A DNA stretch of 62,291 bases, counting the filler, from Globobulimina sp. (taxonomy: Eukaryota): NCBI GenBank assembly GCA_003354225.1. It is 30 parts of 30 records of this genome, joined end to end, with 100 filler letters (N's around TTAATTAATTAA, not from the genome) between each part and the next. Parts side by side here need not be neighbours in the genome. Positions count along the whole stretch, not along the records: positions 58,236 to 60,213 come from PIVH01010048.1; positions 60,314 to 62,291 come from PIVH01010049.1; 28 more parts are not named here. The stretch is one strand, 5' to 3'. A program made the position numbers and the translations under genes. The notes below the pieces were generated by a model. The model was not told the DNA's origin. It made no database searches and saw only the letters and a list, made by a program, of their open reading frames with translations. Shown here one piece after another: positions 59,424-62,291 of the stretch. How positions within the stretch are numbered: the stretch's first letter is position 1; each line of letters opens with the position of its first letter.

Positions 59424-60213
59424 ATGGCGGATGCAACTACAACCATCGATGAAGACGTTGGTGGATACGCACCAGCATTACACCATTGCCCTCATATTGA
59501 ATCAGCATTGGAAATCCCAGCAAATGCAGAAGAATTTCCAAATATAAGTTAGTAGCAATGCATAGTTTATATTTTGTATATCCAGATTCAATATGTAGTT
59601 GAAAATAAACAGATGAATTTATAAAATGTTCGATTAATGGTTGTGATCTAACTGCAGAGAATTGGATTTGTCTCAAATGCTACAAAGTTTTGTGTGGTCG
59701 TTATGGTAACAAACATATGCTTAAACATTATGAAAGTGATACAAATAAAGAACATTGCATTGCGATGGGTATTGGTGATCTATCATTTTGGTGTTATAAA
59801 TGTCAGAGTTATTTACATCATTTGGTGATTGATGAAATATTCAATATTTATAAAATGGCATATTATAAAAAGTTTAGCGAAGAAATACCAAATCTACAAA
59901 ACACTAAATGTCCATTTACGTTTCCAATGATTGTGACCGACAGCAATTTGTGTCAATATATGCATTGGGAGGGATTGTGTTTATTTGTTGTAATATTGTT
60001 TGCTGACAAAAAACCTTCAAAACAGACAGTTTGTCATGAGATGATTCATTATTATCAATGGAAAGAAATGTTGGTCATTCCGTTTATTTTCGTTTATTTA
60101 TTACTTTTGATCTGCGGACTATTTAAGTATGCAAATTGTAAACGTGTGTATTGTTGTCATCCACTTGAAGTTGAAGCTACGTTGAATGAAGGAAACAGTG
60201 CATATTTGAAGAA
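59424..60213 (+). CDS. ZnF-UBP (HDAC6-type) protein, intron 59548-59612, continuing in frame into an HExxH domain
   Basis: HCPH, ENWICLKCYKVLCGRYGNKHMLKH, DLSFWCYKC; then HEMIHYYQ...PLEVEA. Confidence 0.75.
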
Positions 60214-60313
60214 NNNNNNNNNNNNNNNNNNNNNNNNNNNNNNNNNNNNNNNNNNNNTTAATTAATTAANNNNNNNNNNNNNNNNNNNNNNNNNNNNNNN
60301 NNNNNNNNNNNNN

Positions 60314-61979
60314 GAAACACTTTCAATGTATAAATGTCTCAAACATTTATTTTTTGCATGAAGATACAAAAATTAATAATATATTGACAAACAGGTAAAT
60401 ATTTCCAGAATGCAGTATTTGAGAATAAAAAGGATGATAAAGTGATAGACGCAGAAAATGGCAAATTACCAAAGAAATCGCTTGTATATCAAGCAAAAAG
60501 AGCCAGCAAACAAAACATTGTTGCATTATTACAAAAGTATCCATATTTGAGTGAATGTTATAGTTATTTACGAAAGAAATTATTGGTATTAGAGGACAAC
60601 AACAACGACAGAAACAACAATCGCAACAACAACAATCGTGGCGGCGGCAGATTTCGCAATAACTATGCCGGCGGATTTGGCGGCGACATAAATAATGATA
60701 CCTCGCAGGAAGGCATTGAATTGAAAATCAAAAATTTAATAAATTTAGGTTTTTCTCGCCATGAGGCACTATGTGGCTTATCCCGCAATGGACTGAACAT
60801 TGAAAGTGCGGCGGAATGGCTGTTTGAAGAAAATAATAAAGATTCCTGCACCAATATACAGGGCAAATCTTACTATCAATACGATTATAAAAAGAAAATG
60901 GACGAAGCCATCCCAGCTGAAGCTAAACATATATTGGCTGAGAATGCGCCGTTGGAAGATATATTGTGGTGGTACGACGAGTTACATTCAGTTGAAGTTG
61001 AAATGGAAGTTATGGAGCGGTTAAAAGAATCGTTTGAGAAAAAAGAAAATATATTCAATGATGATTCACCACGATCAAATTATGGTATTTTAAACACATT
61101 TTGCTATACATTTTGTTATATATTTTGCTGTATATATGTTTTTGATTGACTTTCAGGCAAATTAATGGAGAGAATATTGTCTTTTCGGGAGCAGAAATAC
61201 AAATTTGTGCCGTACTTAACATCGCATGCACAGCTACGACTGGAAAAGGTGAGATTTGAGGAGTTGAATGACGAGAATAGTTTTATTCGATGTGCAGTGT
61301 TGGGCGACGCCTCCGGATCGATGGAAGTTGCGATAAGATCGAGTTGTATCATTGCATCATTATTGTCGGTGGCATTGAGTGCTGATTTGAAATTTTTTAA
61401 TTCTGATGTATGTTGTATTGAAATATAGATGTTTTTAATATTTGTTTTTGTATATATTAAAAAAAGGTTTTTGATCCGCCGGTTATTCCTCGCAATGTAG
61501 CAGAAACCATAGAAGTTGTAAATAAAATTGATGCGCGCGGTGGTACCTGTATGGCATCAGCAATTTATCCATATTTATACAAGAAAATAAAAATTGATTT
61601 ATTTATATTGGTATCGGATGAAGGTGAAAATGAGAAACATAATGGACAATATTTTAGTTCGTTGTTTAAAACGTACAAAAATAATATTAATCCAAAAGCG
61701 CAGTTGTTTTTAGTTTCATTTTTGAAGGTTGGCGAAGAAGGAATAATTATGGAAAGATTAAAAACTAAAAAGGTTAATCAAGCCTGCATTAAACAATTTC
61801 GATTACATCCGGAAAATCCAGATACTTCGAAATTCAATGCATTGTTAGGAATGGTGGCTTTGTTGTTATCTGCGATGAAAGAACATTTTTATGTTCTCAT
61901 TGATATTTTAATGGATTTGGAGAGTTTCCATAAAGCAGATGCCCAAACTATTGCAAATGTAATCTGTTCGTATTTATAA
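60314..61979 (+). CDS. UBA + VWA domain protein, spliced (introns about 61085-61157 and 61408-61466), 5'-partial
   Basis: LINLGFSRHEALCGL...ESAAEWL (UBA); VLGDASGSM, GGT, ILVSDEGEN (VWA MIDAS). Confidence 0.75.
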
Positions 61980-62291
61980 ATTAATTGTTTAAATAAGCTG
62001 TTTAACATTGCATGAATGTATTTTGTACTAGTTTTACATTGAATTTCTTAAAACAAATTAACACTGCCATTGTCGGCACTAGCTCACCTTCACACTTTTT
62101 GTAATTCGCATTTAACATTTTTCGAGATGGGTCTTTGTAAAAGCAGCGTCAACCACGCATATAAGAAATTGTCTCGCAAACCTGGCGATGATACGGCATT
62201 GCGACATATGGATGTATCCACAATATTTATTAATCCTAACATTTACACTGAAACTTTTAACACAGAAAGATGGATGATTGATGATGAGATT

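Noticed and set aside
1983..60313. Regularly spaced TTAATTAATTAA as a repeat array, CRISPR or telomere
   Set aside because: Always embedded in N runs; it is an artificial concatenation linker.
1..62291. Uniform 2-kb pieces as nanochromosomes, or cross-contig gene clusters
   Set aside because: The uniform length comes from size sorting. Most contigs cut genes mid-frame and no telomeric caps are seen, so adjacency across spacers means nothing.
1..62291. Genome-wide ciliate-type stop reassignment
   Set aside because: Long AT-rich ORFs lack internal TAA/TAG, and conserved genes end at TAA, TAG or TGA.
1..62291. rRNA, tRNA or CRISPR loci
   Set aside because: None recognised by eye; a covariance-model search would be needed to exclude small RNAs.

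Overview
This window is not one locus. It is 30 unrelated, size-sorted contigs of about 1.98 kb joined by an artificial 100-bp spacer (N44-TTAATTAATTAA-N44). Most contigs come from an AT-rich, gene-dense microbial eukaryote using the standard code with short (about 40-75 nt) GT-AG introns. The style suggests a foraminifer or other rhizarian, which is inference only. Recognisable genes include FAB1/PIKfyve, ARP1, DJ-1, JMJD4, a polo-like kinase, CSE1, AMPK-gamma, IFT27, SEC61A, two S10 carboxypeptidases, a prolyl 4-hydroxylase, ESF2/ABT1, adenosine deaminase, FANCJ and a non-LTR retrotransposon RNase H end. One contig (14575-16555) is bacterial (radical SAM + methyltransferase), and a few others look like different eukaryotes or chimeras. 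The most notable observations are: (1) a terminally redundant 1860-bp unit carrying one circularly permuted sugar dehydrogenase gene plus a MITE; (2) repeated head-to-head gene pairs with only 34-132 bp between start codons; (3) isolated in-frame TAA/TAG codons in otherwise intact genes; (4) frequent GTT splice donors; (5) several palindromic MITE-like elements; (6) a ZnF-UBP/HExxH in-frame fusion. Amplification or assembly artefact is a live explanation for several of these. I cannot establish a new multi-gene system from this sequence alone.
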